From Camelus dromedarius (taxonomy: Eukaryota), in NCBI RefSeq assembly GCF_036321535.1, contig NC_087437.1:11224001-11288000 (forward strand): a stretch of DNA of 64,000 bases. Direction: 5' to 3'. Position numbers and translations under genes: made by a program. Shown one piece after another: positions 39,451 to 54,293 of this stretch (its first letter is position 1; every line of letters begins with the position of its first letter). The notes under the pieces were generated by a model. It did not search any database and was not told the origin of the DNA. It worked only from the letters and a program-made list of their open reading frames with translations.

Positions 39451-40857
39451 CTTTGCCCATTTTCTGACACTGAAGCGATCAGGGGCACCATCTGCTTTCT
39501 GGACACACACCTCTCCAGCGTTTGTCACTGGAGGGGTGGGCTGGGCAGGGAAAGGAAGGTGAGGGAGGGAGGGTTCGTGTGCATGGTCTGCAGGTGTTTT
39601 CTGTTGAAGATCTGTCAGGGCAGTGCTGTCAGAGGGACGGAGTGGGTCAGTGGCTGGACCAGGCTTTGTTTAGTGATAGTCAACCCTCAGAGTCAGAGGG
39701 AAAAGGGGCCGAGGAAACACCTGTGAGTACAACAAAGAGCCTGGGGGGCTATGACCAGAAGGAAGCCACCTCAGACCATCAGGACGTGAGGAAGCTCTTG
39801 CTCTTCGAGCAGTGTCCTTCTGTGCTTCCTTCGCTGTACCACGTAACCGCACTCCTCTCTCCTCAGAAATCCACCAGAACAAGGCTCAGATTTCAGCTGG
39901 TTATCTCTCCTGGATTGGACTTAATCCTTAGGGAGATCTGTCGTCAGCTCAGCAAAGATGCAATCAGGTTGAAGAACTTCAAAGAGTTCGGGACGTAACG
40001 AATCTGGTGTCACCGAACAGTGAGGACATGCTGTAAACAGGTTTGATTCTTGTGGGAATTTTCTCTGAGCCTAACCTGTAAGAAGCCTTCTTGCAGTGTG
40101 AGGTAATACTATGTGAATTTTTGGAAACTGTTGAATCGCTGACATTAGTGAAGATGTTGAATTTCGTTGGGCTCACTGGAGGAAACCGTTTTCTTTGCTG
40201 GCTTCAGCCAGTCAGACATTGCACATCTTTGAGTCACGCCCTTGTTATGATTTGAATTAAGTCATAGGATTATAAAAATTATAGTGAAAGGACAGCTGAT
40301 TTGGGGGAAACATATATTCCTATACATTCTAGGTTAGGCTGCTAGGAGAGAAAACAGCATGCTTTTGTACAGAAAAAATATGTTCCGATCTTTCCCTAGG
40401 AAGCCGAAAGCCACATTTAACCAAAGGCTGTCTGCGCTGTGCTAACTTGAGCCTTGCAAAAATCAGTATTGGATCAAGATGACCACACTGTCTTGGTTTT
40501 AAGTCTTTAGTCTTCTGCCGTGCCATTTTGCTTGCTCGAGTCTCTGACCAGGGACAGATGGGAGCTGGTGATGGCTTGGTGCTGGTGAATTAATGATTGT
40601 CCCCACCTGACCTCCACGACTGTAAAACCTTCAAAGCATCCATGTCAAAGGACTGGAGAACAAAATGCAATAGTTACAAGTACCCGCATTCAAGGGGCAA
40701 TTTCATCCATGTCTACGCCAAGGACTACCTCCCTTTACCCCCAAACAATCCCTCCCAACACAAAGAAATAAAGGAACAAAAAAAAAAAAAGGGCTAGGCA
40801 ATGGAATGACATGACACCCAGTAGTGCTGTTGGAATTATGAGAATGAGTCGGTCAGT

Positions 40858-41124
<267 letters not shown>

Positions 41125-41901
41125 TCAATTCACAGCTGGAAAGGAGATGGTTTGCCTTGTCCAGTTCAAGCCGTTTGATCTGGGGACTTCCAACTCCTAG
41201 GAGTGGGCGTGGATGCAGTACGAACTCTGGGCCGTCAGGGACCCAGATATCAGGGAGTGGTGTAATTTACATGAGGGAGGCAATGCTTTGTTTAGATAAA
41301 TGTCTCTGGTTTAGACCAGTCACCTCCTTGGGTGTGAAGAGCGATGCCTCCCTCCTGCGGGCTAGTAGGAGAAGCCTCACCTAGAGAGCTGGGATTCTCT
41401 GCGTCACGAGGAAGGATTTTGACACGTATGCACATGCATTGAAGGGAGGGATGTGAAAAGAGATTGGGAAGGTCCTAGGAGGCCTGGATGCCAAAGGAGG
41501 GATGTCAGATGGGAAGAAGCCCCAGTGAAGACAAAGCAGCACAATCTCCAGTTTGAGTCGTTCACGGGGCTGTAGCTAACCACTCTTTCCCTTCCCTTAT
41601 GCCTTTGGTTGCTACTGTAGCAGCCTGGTGGTGGTGGTGTCTGAGGAAGTTCAAATGAAAAGAAAAGGGAATGTGAGCCAAGCTAGCATCACCCTGTGCA
41701 GGGAAGAGTCACAGTGGGAAGCTGGAGTTAGAGGATACCATGACGAGGTACAGCCTAGAAGATCTTCCCAGGTTTTGGGAGGACCACTGATCATCCCACA
41801 ACACGTAGGAGAGGACTTGAGGCGGTTTCAAACAAATGATGAAAGGATATCATTAGAGGGCTGGATGGTTGGGGAACACCTAGGCTGCAAACGCATGGGT
41901 T

Positions 41902-43531
41902 GAAAAAGTGAGTACAGAGGGAATGTACCTCAACATAATAAAGGCCATGTATGATAAGCCCACAGCTAACATCATATTAAATGGTGAAAAGCTTAAAGCT
42001 TTTCTTCTAAGATCAAGGAACAAAGACAAGGATGCCCACTCATGCCACTTTTGTTCAACATAGCATTGCAAGTCCTACCTAGAACATTTAGGCAAGAAAA
42101 GGAAATAAAAGGCATCCAAATTGGAAAGGATAAAGTAAAACTGTCACTATTTGCAGATGACAATTCCAATTGCATCAAGAAGAATAAAATACCTAGGAAT
42201 AAAGTCAACCAAGGAGGTAAAAGACCTATATACTGAAAACTATAGGACACTGATGGAAGAAAATGAAGAAGACACAATAAGTGGGAAGATATCCCATGCT
42301 TCTGGTTGGAAGAATTAATATTGTTAAAATGTCCGTACTACCCAAAGCAATCTGAAGATTCAATGCAATCCCTATGAAAATTCCAATGGCATTTTTTCAC
42401 AGAAATAGAATAAACAATCCTAAAATTTGTATGGAACCACAAAAAACCCCAAATAGCCAAAGCAATCTTTAGAAAGAACAAAGCTGGAGGCATCACACTC
42501 TCTGATTTCAAACTATATTACACAGCTATAGTAATCAAAACAGTATGGTATTGGCATAAAAACAGACCTATAGATCAATGGAACAGAATAGAGAGCCTAG
42601 AAATAAACCCATGCATACATGGTCAGTTTTTTTAAATTCATGACAAAGGAACTAAGAATATACAATAGGGAAAGGACAATCTCTTCAATAAATGGTGTTG
42701 GGAAAACTGGGCAACCACAAGCAAAAGAATGAAACTAGCTCCCTATCTCATACCATACACAAAAATAAATTCAAAATGGATTAAAGGCTTGAATATAAGC
42801 CCTGAAACCATAAAACTCCTAGAAGAAAACATGGGTAGTAAGCTACTTGACATAAGTCTTGGTGATGAGTTTTTGGATTTGACTCCAAAAGTAAAGGCAA
42901 CAAAAGCAAAAATAAACAAGTGGGACTACATAAACCTAAAAATCTTCTGCACAGCACAGGGAACCATAAACAGAATGAAAAGGCAACTTACTGAATAAGA
43001 GAAGGTATCTGCAAATCATATATCTGATAAGAGGTTAAGGTCCAAAATATAGAAAGAACTGATACAATTGAATAACAACAAAAAATCCAATCAAAAATGG
43101 GTTAGGGGATCTGAATAGATATTTTTCCAAAGAAGACATACAAATTGCCAGTAAGGACATGGAAAGGCTCCCAGCGTCACTAATCATCAGGGAACTGCAA
43201 ATCAAAACCGCAATGAAGTATCACCTCATACCTATTAGAGTGGCTGTTATCAAAAAGGAAAGAAATAACAAGGGAATCCTTGCACACTGTTTTGGGGGAT
43301 GTAAGCTGGTGTAGCCACTATGGAAAACAGTTCTGGAGGGTCCTCAAAAAAATTAAAATAGAACTACATATGATGGAGCAATTCCACGTCTGGGTATTTA
43401 TCTGAAGAGAACGAAACCACTAAATTGAAAGCATATGCACACCCATGTTCTTTGAAGCATTATTACAATATACAAGGTATGGAAACAACCTAAGTGTCCA
43501 CTGATGGATGAATGGATGAAGAAGATGCGAT

Positions 43532-43565
<34 letters not shown>

Positions 43566-44140
43566 TCACACACACACACTGGCTGGAATACTATTTAGTC
43601 GTAAAGGATGAAATCTTGCCATCTGTAACGACATGGATGGACCTTGAGGGCCTTATGCTAAATGAAATAACTGAGACAGAGAAAGACAAATACTGTATGA
43701 TCTCACTTATATGTGGAATCTAAAAAACGAAACAAAAACCAAATAAAAGCCACCAAGGTCATAGATACAGAGAGCAGACCGGTGGTTGCCAGAGCAGGGT
43801 GGGGGGTGGGCAGTGGTTAGGAGGTGGGTGAAATGAGTGAAGGGGGTTAAAAGGTACAGACTTCCAGTTACAAGATAAATAGGTCCTGGGGATGCGATGT
43901 ACAGCATGGGGACTGTAGTTGATAATACTGTTCTGCATATTTGCAAGTTGCTGAGAGTAAATCTTAAAAGTCCTCATCACAAGAGCAAAGAATACACAAC
44001 TCTGTATGGGGATGGATGTTAGCTGGACTTATTGTGGTGATCTGTTGGAAATATATACAAACATCCAATCGCTATGTTGTACACGTGAAACTAAAGCAAT
44101 GCTAGATGTCACTTATACCTCAATAAAAGATTTTTAAAAA
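41902..44140 (+). mobile_element. 5'-truncated L1 (ORF2 3' half plus L1MA9-like 3'UTR) in the last THRB intron, antisense to the gene
   Basis: ORFs [22 protein letters not shown] and [19 protein letters not shown]; ends ttatacctcaataaaag; internal (CA)n at 43531-43579. Confidence 0.93.
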
Positions 44141-45393
44141 GAAATTTGTAAACCTGGATGAATTCCTCCTACAGCTCCAGGGAGCAGTGCCATCCCCCTG
44201 CCCAGTTCTCCTCAGCTTGTGGCTCTGATCCAGTTGACACTTCAAGTGTCCAGTTATTGAAATATCTGTATTCGTGAAACTCTATATGGGGTTCTGCTTA
44301 ATCTGAAAGGAAAAATCAGGGCTAATGTGTCAATCCACCCTTCTGGGTTTAAACAAAATATCCTATTGTTTGGAATTCCCTGTCCAGTGCAATGTGCAAT
44401 TTTGTACATTTTAATTTCGTGCTTTTCTTCATATTTGCTGCTGCTGCACTGTGGATTTACTCAACCCCTCTCTCATATACCCGCCCTCTTTCTCTTTGAG
44501 CATGCCAGAAGAATTCACCACAGGACCCTGTAACTTTTGATCCAAACAGAAAGTCAACATAGTATTACTCTGGATGTATTCCTTCAAAGAGGAAAAGTAG
44601 CCTGGATTTTGTGGCATCAGAACTCTGTCCTTTGATGAGAGGTAAAGATAAGGTGGTTATATGAACAATACAGAGAAAACAAAAGGACATTTTGATGATG
44701 CTCACATCGAACTAAACATGTTCACAAAGAAACATTTTAAAGGTCACAGACGGTGTTTAACTCCCTAAGTCAAAATTTCTTAAAGGTGTGTCTTTGGATC
44801 ATTTCCATTTCACTCTCTGCTGATCACTCAGGACCAAGGCACTTACAGTGGTAACTCCCACAGAAGGCTTTGAAGGAAAGGCCTGAGAGATCGTGTAACT
44901 GAGATGCAGAACTGAACAACAGGGCTTAGAAGACGATGCTGAGGAGGTCGGGGCCTCAGAGCTCAGATGTGTAACTATAATTTGCCAAATGTCATGTCCT
45001 GTAATATTTTTTCATTAGTCATTAGGGTGGAGAAAATTTTAAAAAGTTAGTAAATATGTCATGTGATGGTCAGGCAGTGACAGTGTCATAAAAATAAGAG
45101 AATTGGGAAGAATCATTCAGTTAAGTGTTTGATACTTAGTAAATCAAAATCCATCTGCCTTAAATAGAAGATAATCACAAAAATGGATGCGTGGGAAAAA
45201 CCTTTATTAAATTTTAGCTAAAGGTTCTTGCTGGAGACCTTGCCTGAGATCTGTTCTCTCTTTGTTAAAAGGGGAGGTTAGCAAGTGTTAGAGAGGTGTT
45301 AAGGACAGACTAGCACCAAACTGCATCTCTCTCTTTGCCTTACTTGGGAGGAGGTATAACTTGAAAGAAAATTATAAAAGAAATAGCTTTCTC

Positions 45394-45955
45394 CCCTAGT
45401 GTTCATAGCAGCACTATTTACAATAGCCACGACATGGAAACAACCTAAATGTCCACTAATGATGACTAGATAAAGAAGCTATGGTATATTTATACAATGG
45501 AATACTACTCAGCCATAAAAAAGAATGACAGAATGCCATTTGCAGCAAGATGGACGGACTTAGAGGGCATTATTCTAAGTGAAATAAGTCAGACAAAAAA
45601 AGACAAATGCTGTATGAGTATCACTTATATGTGGAATCTAAAAAATAATACAAATTAATCTATATACAAAACAAAAAGAGACTCACAGACATAGAAAACA
45701 AATTTATGGTTACCAAAAGGTGGGGAGGGATAAATTAGGAGCCTGGGATTAGTAGATACTAACTACTATATAGAAAATAGATAAACAACAAGGCCCTATG
45801 GTATAGCACAGGGAACTATATTCAATAACTTTTAATAATCTATAATGGAAAAGGATCTGAGAAAGAATATATATGTATATGTATAACTGAATCACTCTGC
45901 TGTATCCCTGAAACTAACAGAACATTGTAAATCAACTATACTTCAATCAGAAAAA
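45394..45955 (+). mobile_element. Younger L1 3' fragment with TSD in the last THRB intron
   Basis: TSD aaaagaaa(t/a)agctttctc at 45376-45393 and 45952-45969. Confidence 0.92.
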
Positions 45956-47069
45956 GAAAAAGCTTTCTCACTATGTGTTTCAGTGTTACTTAAAACTGCC
46001 ACTAACATCTCAGCCCCAAAATTACCTTATTGCTCCCTCCAGGAATAGAATTTCCACTTATTTAGTTCCATTTCTTTATTTTGAAGGACACTGAAGCCCA
46101 GAGATGCTAGGGGGTTTACTCAAGGTCACACAGGGAGTCCTTAGAAAAGTTCATGTTTTCTTTCTTTAAGAATAATTCTACGGAAGGGCCGAGGGCCCTG
46201 GTTTCTCACTGGCTGTCGGCTGAAGACTGCTTTCAACTTCGAGAGGCCACAAGCAGCTCCCTGTCACGTGAGCTTTCCTGACATCAGGCCAGCAAGGAGG
46301 GTCCCCGGAGGAAGTCTGCTTCCAAGAGGGAACCGTGTATAATACAACGTCATGTAATCATTTGGGGTGACCCTGAATTCCCCACATTCTACTGAAGCAA
46401 GTCACTGATTCTCAAACACTCAACGTGGGGGTTGGTACACGGGTGTGAACATCAGAAGGGAGGGGGGATGGGAGGGCCAGGCTGGAGCCTTTCCACCACA
46501 GCGTGCAAGACGGTTCCTTATTCTATTCTATCTACTTTTGTTTCTGTCTGAGGTTTTCCATAATAAAAAGAATTATTTCCTTTTTAAAAAGTCTGCCATA
46601 GCTAAATTTTCTGTAGCAAATACATTTCTAGAACGGCTTAAAACAGAGGAATTCTACTGAGTTAATCAAGAAGCATAACGTTATAAAAGATTCTCCTTGT
46701 ACTTGTGACTGATATTTTTCCGTGTCTAAGTCAGTCATTCATGCAATGAACAGTTCTCGAAGGCTGCTGAACACTGGCCCGAGTGCTACGTGCAAAACAG
46801 GACACATCTCTGTCCCCGGAAACTAACCAGTCCCGAGGGAGAGGTGGGCGAGTTAAGCAGACAGCCATGGTGCAGGATGCCCAGTGCTGAGCACAGCTAG
46901 CCTCAGGGTTCTCTGAAAACGCAGGGGATGAGTCTGAAACCATCTCTGTGTCAAGACTGGCTTTCCTTACAGAGTTTGATGTACGCTGCATTCCCTGTTT
47001 GCTGTGAGGTGATCCCTGAAGAAAAGGTGTCATCATTATGACCCATTCTTCCCCAGTGGGCATCGGAGG

Positions 47070-47423
47070 CCGTGATCATGAGCTCCGGCAGGGGAAGATG
47101 CCTGCCGGTTCTTTACCCTCCCCCCCACCTAGGGGTGGACTCTGAAACCTGGGCTGGTGCTGGGACTTGTTGGGACCAAGAGAATGTGGCAGAAAGTGAT
47201 GCTAGGTGACTTAAAACTGGGCCTTAAGGCATCTGCAACTTCTGCGTTTGTGTGCATGGGACCCTCCTTCCCAGGGCAGAAGTCCAGCTACCTGGCCAGA
47301 GGAGAGGCTGCCCGGGGAAAGGCCTGGCACTGCTTTGATGTCTCAGCCCCAAGCCTAGCCACTTGGATGTTCTAAGCCACTAAGGTTTGGGGAGCAGTGC
47401 TGTAAAGCTATAACCAACTGGAA
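47070..47423 (+). mobile_element. MLT1-family LTR fragment
   Basis: gaccaagagaatgtggcagaaagtgatgc...ttctaagccactaaggtttgggg...aactggaac. Confidence 0.65.
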
Positions 47424-47512
47424 CTTAAGTGGAGGCTGAGCTGTGAACAAATCCTAGCTCTCACTCACGGCTTCCTCACCCAGAACTTCCACAGAATGGT
47501 GGTGGCCAGGGT

Positions 47513-47730
47513 TGGGGGGGCAGGTAGAGCTCAGTGGTGGAGTGCATGCTTAGCATGCATGAGGTCCTGGGTTCAATCCCCAGTACCTCCTTTAAAAATA
47601 AATAAATAAATAAACCCAGTTACCGTCCCCCTCAAAAAATTAATAAAGGAAAAAAAGAAAACTAGACCGAAAAAAAAAATTATTTCAAAAAAAAAAAAAA
47701 AAAAGGAAACCAAGGAAGGATTCTAAAAAA
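47513..47730 (+). mobile_element. tRNA-Ala-derived SINE with long composite A-rich tail
   Basis: Head at 47513-47590; TSD agaatggtgg at about 47493 and about 47730. Confidence 0.9.
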
Positions 47731-48037
47731 GAATGGTGGGGTCACTCCTACCCCTATCCTGTGCACACAAAACCGGAAGGGGGCAGGGTTGGCCACTGCC
47801 CCAACGCAGGCCGGGCAGTGGCTGTGGAAGGTGGACCGTTTCATGGGGACTATGGGGACCTCAATGTGGCCCTTCTGGTTCCTTCCCACCACACTGGGAG
47901 ACTGCAAGAGCAACACACACCAGACAGCCTCCTTCAGGTCCCCGGCCCCTGGCAGACCCCCACTCGCTTGCTGGGGGAGCATGAGACATGATTCTGAAGG
48001 TGAAGGGGGATGGAAACTCACCAAGTGAGTCGAGTCA

Positions 48038-48424
<387 letters not shown>

Positions 48425-49958
48425 TTAGCAGCGACAGTAAGTGGTTCACCCCCCGTGATCAGCACCAGTCCTGCGCTCCGTGAGCCATGGCCTTTCCCTT
48501 CCTACTTGGCTGCAGACTTTCAACAACCATTCTTCATACTCCAAGTTGGTCGGAATCTTCACCGACGTGTATAACTGTCACATGTGAGACAGTGCTAACA
48601 ATCCCTAACTCTGGGGGTTTCCATTCTAACACCCACTGAGACCTGCTTGCACTGAGCACCATTTTTGTCTTGTAGCTCTAGGAGGCACAGCGGACTCGGC
48701 TGTTTAGCTGGCAACTCTGCTGCTCTGTTTTCTGCAGCAAGTTGGCCCCTTGAGTCTCCTAAAAGGCACAGACGGGGTGTCCCCACCGGCACTGGTGATC
48801 CAGTCAATGGGATGATATACAAGAAATACTTTGAAAACAAACGCTGCACGGATCTGTGAAATCATTTTCCCTATGGGGGAGGCTCTGAGCAGAGGACCAT
48901 GGTGTCCCTCAACCAGAGGGGTGCTACAGGAGCCATCGTGGGAGTTACCTGACCAGTCCTGGGTGGGGCTGGGTCAAGCTCTTGTGCTTACAAGACCCAG
49001 GAATGCACTGCCTGCAAGCTCCTCCCTGGGGGAATGGTGGGGTGGGGGGAAGGGGACACTAATATTTCCCATGTGTATGTTTCTTGGAGATGTGGGGAGG
49101 GGTCCACTGCCTCAGTGGAATCCTAAAAGCATCCTGCCCTGAAAAAAAAAGGCACAGAACCAGAAGGTTGCTTACAGATGCATGTGTCCCAGGGGGCCCA
49201 GAGATGTCACAGCTTTGCTCGAGGTCCCCCAAGGAGTTGAAGGCAGAGGTGAGAACAGAATTCAGGCCTCCTGGCTCCTAGAGTTATGTTCTTCTTGGTA
49301 CCTCAGGCACCAGAATGACTCTACCCACTGGATCTTTCTGCCAGTGTTGTAATCTCAGTTTAAACTCATTTGATTGTCCTGTTAATTAGGATTTGTGATA
49401 ATGAGATAACATTATGATAAACAAAACTTTGTCAAGAGAAATAAAAAAAAAACAGAGTTTGATTTTCTGGAGGAGGGAGAATGTTTAATTAAATGCCATT
49501 ATCAAAACAGTTTGAAAGGCTACTAGTTAACGGATGTTTCTGATGAACTGGGCATCGTGCTAAGATTTACATGCATCAACTTATTTAATCTTTACAGTAA
49601 TGCAATGAGGTCAATATCCCAATTCCAAATGTATTGACAGGTGTGGAAATCCAGGCACTGCGAGGCTGAGCGGCAGGCTAGGGGGTCCCGTGCGTGTTGG
49701 TGGGTGAGGTGAGGGTCGGAAGCTAGGTGTGCAGAATCCACAGCCAAGAGAAGAGGGGGGCTTGCTCTTTGAAGGGCTTTGGGTGTAAGTTCCCATAAAC
49801 AACGAATATGTAATGACACATCATTTCTATCTCTTCATTAAAGCAGGTACAAATACTTTTTTGGGAAATATTCTTGACAACACTCGACTAGTTCCATTTA
49901 GGTTGCTATGTAAGCCTGAAAGTAAGACTACTGAATGACCTTTAGAATATGGGCTATT

Positions 49959-50046
49959 GGGTAGGGAGGATATAGCTGGTATAGCTTAGTGGTAGACAGG
50001 ATGCCTAGCATGCATGAGGTCCTGGGTTCAATTCCCAGTACCGCCA

Positions 50047-50090
<44 letters not shown>

Positions 50091-50204
50091 ACCCACCCCC
50101 CACATCAAAATAAGTTAAAAAAATTAAAATATGGACTATTTCATATTTTTTACTAAAATAAACCTAATTACCTCTCCCCCCAAAAAAGTTAATAAAACAA
50201 TTAA
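49959..50204 (+). mobile_element. tRNA-Ala-derived SINE with (TAAA)n and duplicated 3' end
   Basis: Head at 49959-50046; (TAAA)n at 50048-50091; second tail copy at 50157-50204. Confidence 0.88.
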
Positions 50205-51919
50205 AATATGAGCTATTTCATATTTTTTACTAATTCAACCTACCCACCTTACTGTTTAATTTCAAGTTGCTTAGCTTTTTCTATAGAATAGAAGTCATTT
50301 CGTATTTAGTTCTGGAATCCATTCCTGTAAATTCTCTCCTACTCATTAAAAAAAAAAATGACTATTTGCTTTTCTTTAGGTTTGAATTTGTACTCCTCAA
50401 TTACATCCTTGGGTTCCTGGCCCCGGGGTCTGGTAGGAGATAGGAGAGCAGTGCTTGGCTGGGTCGTCTCCAGGCAGAATGGGGACTTGGCTGAAGTGGG
50501 CAGAGGCGGGCGTTACTGCCCGGGCGGTGGTCCTGTCTGCAGCCCAAAAGCCCCACCAAGGGCTTGCTTAGCACCCGTTGCCAGCCCCGCCCTCTGAGTC
50601 TCTGCATTCTCCACGTTCCTGGGTGATGCCCACGTACCTGGTTCAGGGACCTCACTCTTAAGAACCACTGTTATCGAACCGCAAAGAATAATTACTAATC
50701 AGATAAAACCACTGATCTATTTTTTTAGCCATCACAAATGATGCAAACTTTGGCAGGCCCCTTCTTTGTAGCCAAGTCTGATTATAGATGAAGTGGAAGT
50801 TTTCCTTTGAAAATTTATTGATTCTTGATTAGTTCAAATTTAAATAAAAGCAGAAAAAGGATTAGTCAAGGATGGCTAATGGTTTGAAAACCAGGCCAGA
50901 TGCCTTTCCTTTTAAGAGGGGTTTGTAGGATCCTGGTGAGATTTGTTTCGCGCTTGTGGGCAAATAATGTTTTAGCCACCTGCCAAAATGCTTCCATCGT
51001 GGTTATGCTCCAAGAAGGGTCTGCTTGGTGGAGAGGCGGGGGGGCCTCCCACAGGCTCTGCCTGCCTCCTGGGAGCGTGTCTCTCAGCTTGATTGGCAGG
51101 GATGACAGTGCCCTGAACTCTAGACGTGACCTTATGTGTGTTTTTGGTGGCTTTGCCAGTAATGATTTTAGATCTTTCGAAGCCCTTGGTTGGTAGGTTG
51201 GCGTGGATGTGAGCAGAAAATTACTGGGAGTGCAATTTGAACAGCAGGTGCATCAAACTGCCTCTGGAAAGAGACTTCTGGTTCCTGAGACCGCCTGGGA
51301 TCTCCAGCCCATGCCACAGTTCATCTTCCTCTTTGGGGTTCCAAAGACAGTGTCAAAAGGCTGAACGTCCTCAGGAGGCCACAAACATCAGAAATATATG
51401 TATCTCTGCTGTCAAAGTAGCCATCCTTTCCCCACCCCTGCCAATTTGGAGATAACAGAATATCAGGGCTGAAAGAGAGATGGAATCATGACTTCGAAGC
51501 AGGCTTAAATCCCTGAGGGAAACATGAAGGGAGGCGCTTGCCACAACCCAAGCCTAAAAACCCCACGTGGAGCCCTCGCCCTTGTCAGGGACATGGCTGC
51601 CCTGGGTGTTTGTTGCTGGTGGGGGCGATGGCTTCTTTTCCTTCTTTAACTGACCTATCTCTCCGTGGCTGCTTTCCATGAGCTTTACATTTTCGATGGG
51701 TGTTCAAAGGGGAACACATGAGTTGATACGCTAGCTGAGTTGTTGGCGTAGCAAACTCAGAGGAGTTTCTTTTCAGACACTAGGGACTGAGAGATGAGGA
51801 CTCAGCCCAGGGGGAGAGGACCAAGAACTGTCCAGAAAAACAAACTCAACCCAATGCACAGAAACGCAAGATGACACCCGGGGTGAGAGGAAACCGGTGT
51901 CCTCAGCACAGACGAGCTG

Positions 51920-52580
51920 TGCACAACTTCTAGAGGGCCCCAAATTTGGCAACACGTATCAAAAGCCTTAAAAGGTGTATATGCCTCGGTCCTTAAATTC
52001 TACTTCTAGGATCTGCCCTAAGAAATAGTTTTTTGAACAGGGCCTAGGTACCAGGATGCTCACTGCAGAATATTTATATTAGTGAAAAACTGGAAATGAG
52101 CCAAAGATCCTGTGAAAGCAGGTAACCTAGGTGATGGGGCAGCGATCCTTTGGAATACTATGTGGTCATTACACATTGTTTTGTGAGCGAATACTTAAAT
52201 GACATGTTCTACAGTTGAGGGTAGAAAGTTCGGGGCTGCAGGCTGCACTCTTTCTTTAACTTGGTGCTGATTAGGTGGGTGTGTTGTCTGCGCCCTTATG
52301 ATATGCGCTCCTGACTCTTTAATAAAAAATTTTACAAAGTAGTTTCACAAGTAGAAAATTCATTATGGCACAAACCATGTGATGTATTTCATATACATGT
52401 GTGCATATATGTGTGTATACACATGTATGTATCTGAAAAGAGAAAACTGACTCTGAAACGTGAGCATTGTATCTCCTGGTGGTGCTGTCGTGAATCATTA
52501 CCTTTATGGTGCTGGATCAACCTCCAATGAATATGTATTATTTCTGTAATATCCTCCAAAACTTTAATAAATGTTAATTT
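51920..52580 (+). mobile_element. Old L1 (L1ME-like) 3' fragment
   Basis: caaatttggcaacacgtatcaaaagccttaaaa...aattctacttctagga...aggatgctcactgcag. Confidence 0.55.
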
Positions 52581-54056
52581 AAAAAGAGACAGTCAAAGGC
52601 ATGGGAAAGTCTACACCAAAGACAGATGCAAGTCCAAATTCCTTCTCTAGGACTCACCAGCCCCTCTAGGGTGGGATGTGAGCGGTCCCCACGGCAGGGA
52701 TGCTGGCCGGCACACGTGGTACCGGGCCTCCAGCACAGTGGAGCCGGGGGTAAGGAGGAGGCACACAGTCTCTCTCAGAGAGGTCTGGGGGTCAGCTACC
52801 CACATCCTGAAGCCCTCTGCTCTTTCCCTCCAGGTATGGCTTCTGTGGAGGCTCAGGAATGGCCATGAGAAGGGTCCCCATTGGGGCCTGGGGTCTCTCA
52901 GTACCCAGCTGGGCTCCCATTACTGCAAATTCAGACACATGTGAACTGGAGGCCGAGGTAGGATGGGATCATTCCAGGGGAGGACACCTAGCTTCTTTCT
53001 GGGTGAGACCAGATTCACTCATCACGCAGGCAGCCTACGTAGGGGGCTCACAGTCATATGTGGCCCTGTCTGTTTGGTGTCTGCCTGGGTCGTCTTGGGC
53101 GTATGACGAGCAGGAGATTGGCAAGAGATTTCTCAAAGGGGAAAAATTCTCCAGATAACATAACCAACCCCATTTGACTGAAAAAAGGAAGGTTAGAGGC
53201 AGGATGGTAAGGGAATAGATGAAATAAAATTTCATCTAGCAATAAAATAGATGAAGCTAAAATGTATGGAACACCTACGACCCAGGCACTGTCCACATAC
53301 GATCCCACTGAAGCCTCTCAAAAGCTCTAAGAGGTAGACACCACAATGACTCCCATTTTAAAGATGAGATAATCAAGGTCTGAAGGCATGTGACAATTCA
53401 GCGAGGACCCTGCCCATGCAGCTGACCCCAGAACCTGTGCGCTCAGCCCCTACAGGGTAGGACTAAAGTTAGGGATGGCGTGTCCCCAGGGGAAAGTCTC
53501 TGAGCTCTGGTAGAGGGAGGCGCTTCAGGGTGCCCTGAAGATGGGACAAGAAAGGGTGCGCTTATAAGAAAAGAGAGGCGTCAAGTACATTTGAAGATCT
53601 TTGCTCTAGGAGGGTCACTTCACTCATTCTTGAGGGTGAAGAAACAAGCACACAGCCATCTTGCTGGGATACGCCGTGGAAAGAATGGAGACTGAGACTC
53701 AAACCATGGCCCCACTCTTGAATAAGTGAACTTACTCTCTTTGATTTTAATTTTCCCCATTTGTAAAATGGGGTTAATTAAAGCTACCCTGCTGATGTTG
53801 TGCTAAGGACTGGATTTAAGGTGGCAGACTTGAGCACAGTATGCTGAATGAATGGAGGTTTGGCTGTCAAGTGTTCTGTACCTGGAGTCAGGTGGTGGCT
53901 AGGCTCTTCACCGACCTCACGTGGACAAGCTACATGAACGACGACTGAATAGAGGTGGGGAAATACACACGCAACCATGCATTTTCATTTTGTACTGACC
54001 TTGCCTTCACATGACTAAGTCCCTCCTAATTAGTATTAACTTACAAATAGTCCTCA

Positions 54057-54293
<237 letters not shown>

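Larger units (their letters stand above)
36220..40857 (-). other. THRB: THRB 3'UTR (long form; distal end approximate)
   Basis: Largely repeat-poor sequence after the stop codon, AU-rich distal segment (36230-37250), candidate polyA hexamers near 36244-36281 and several miRNA seed matches. Confidence 0.7.

Noticed and set aside
39522..39998. 158-aa antisense ORF in the 3'UTR
   Set aside because: No homology or coding signature; non-ATG start.
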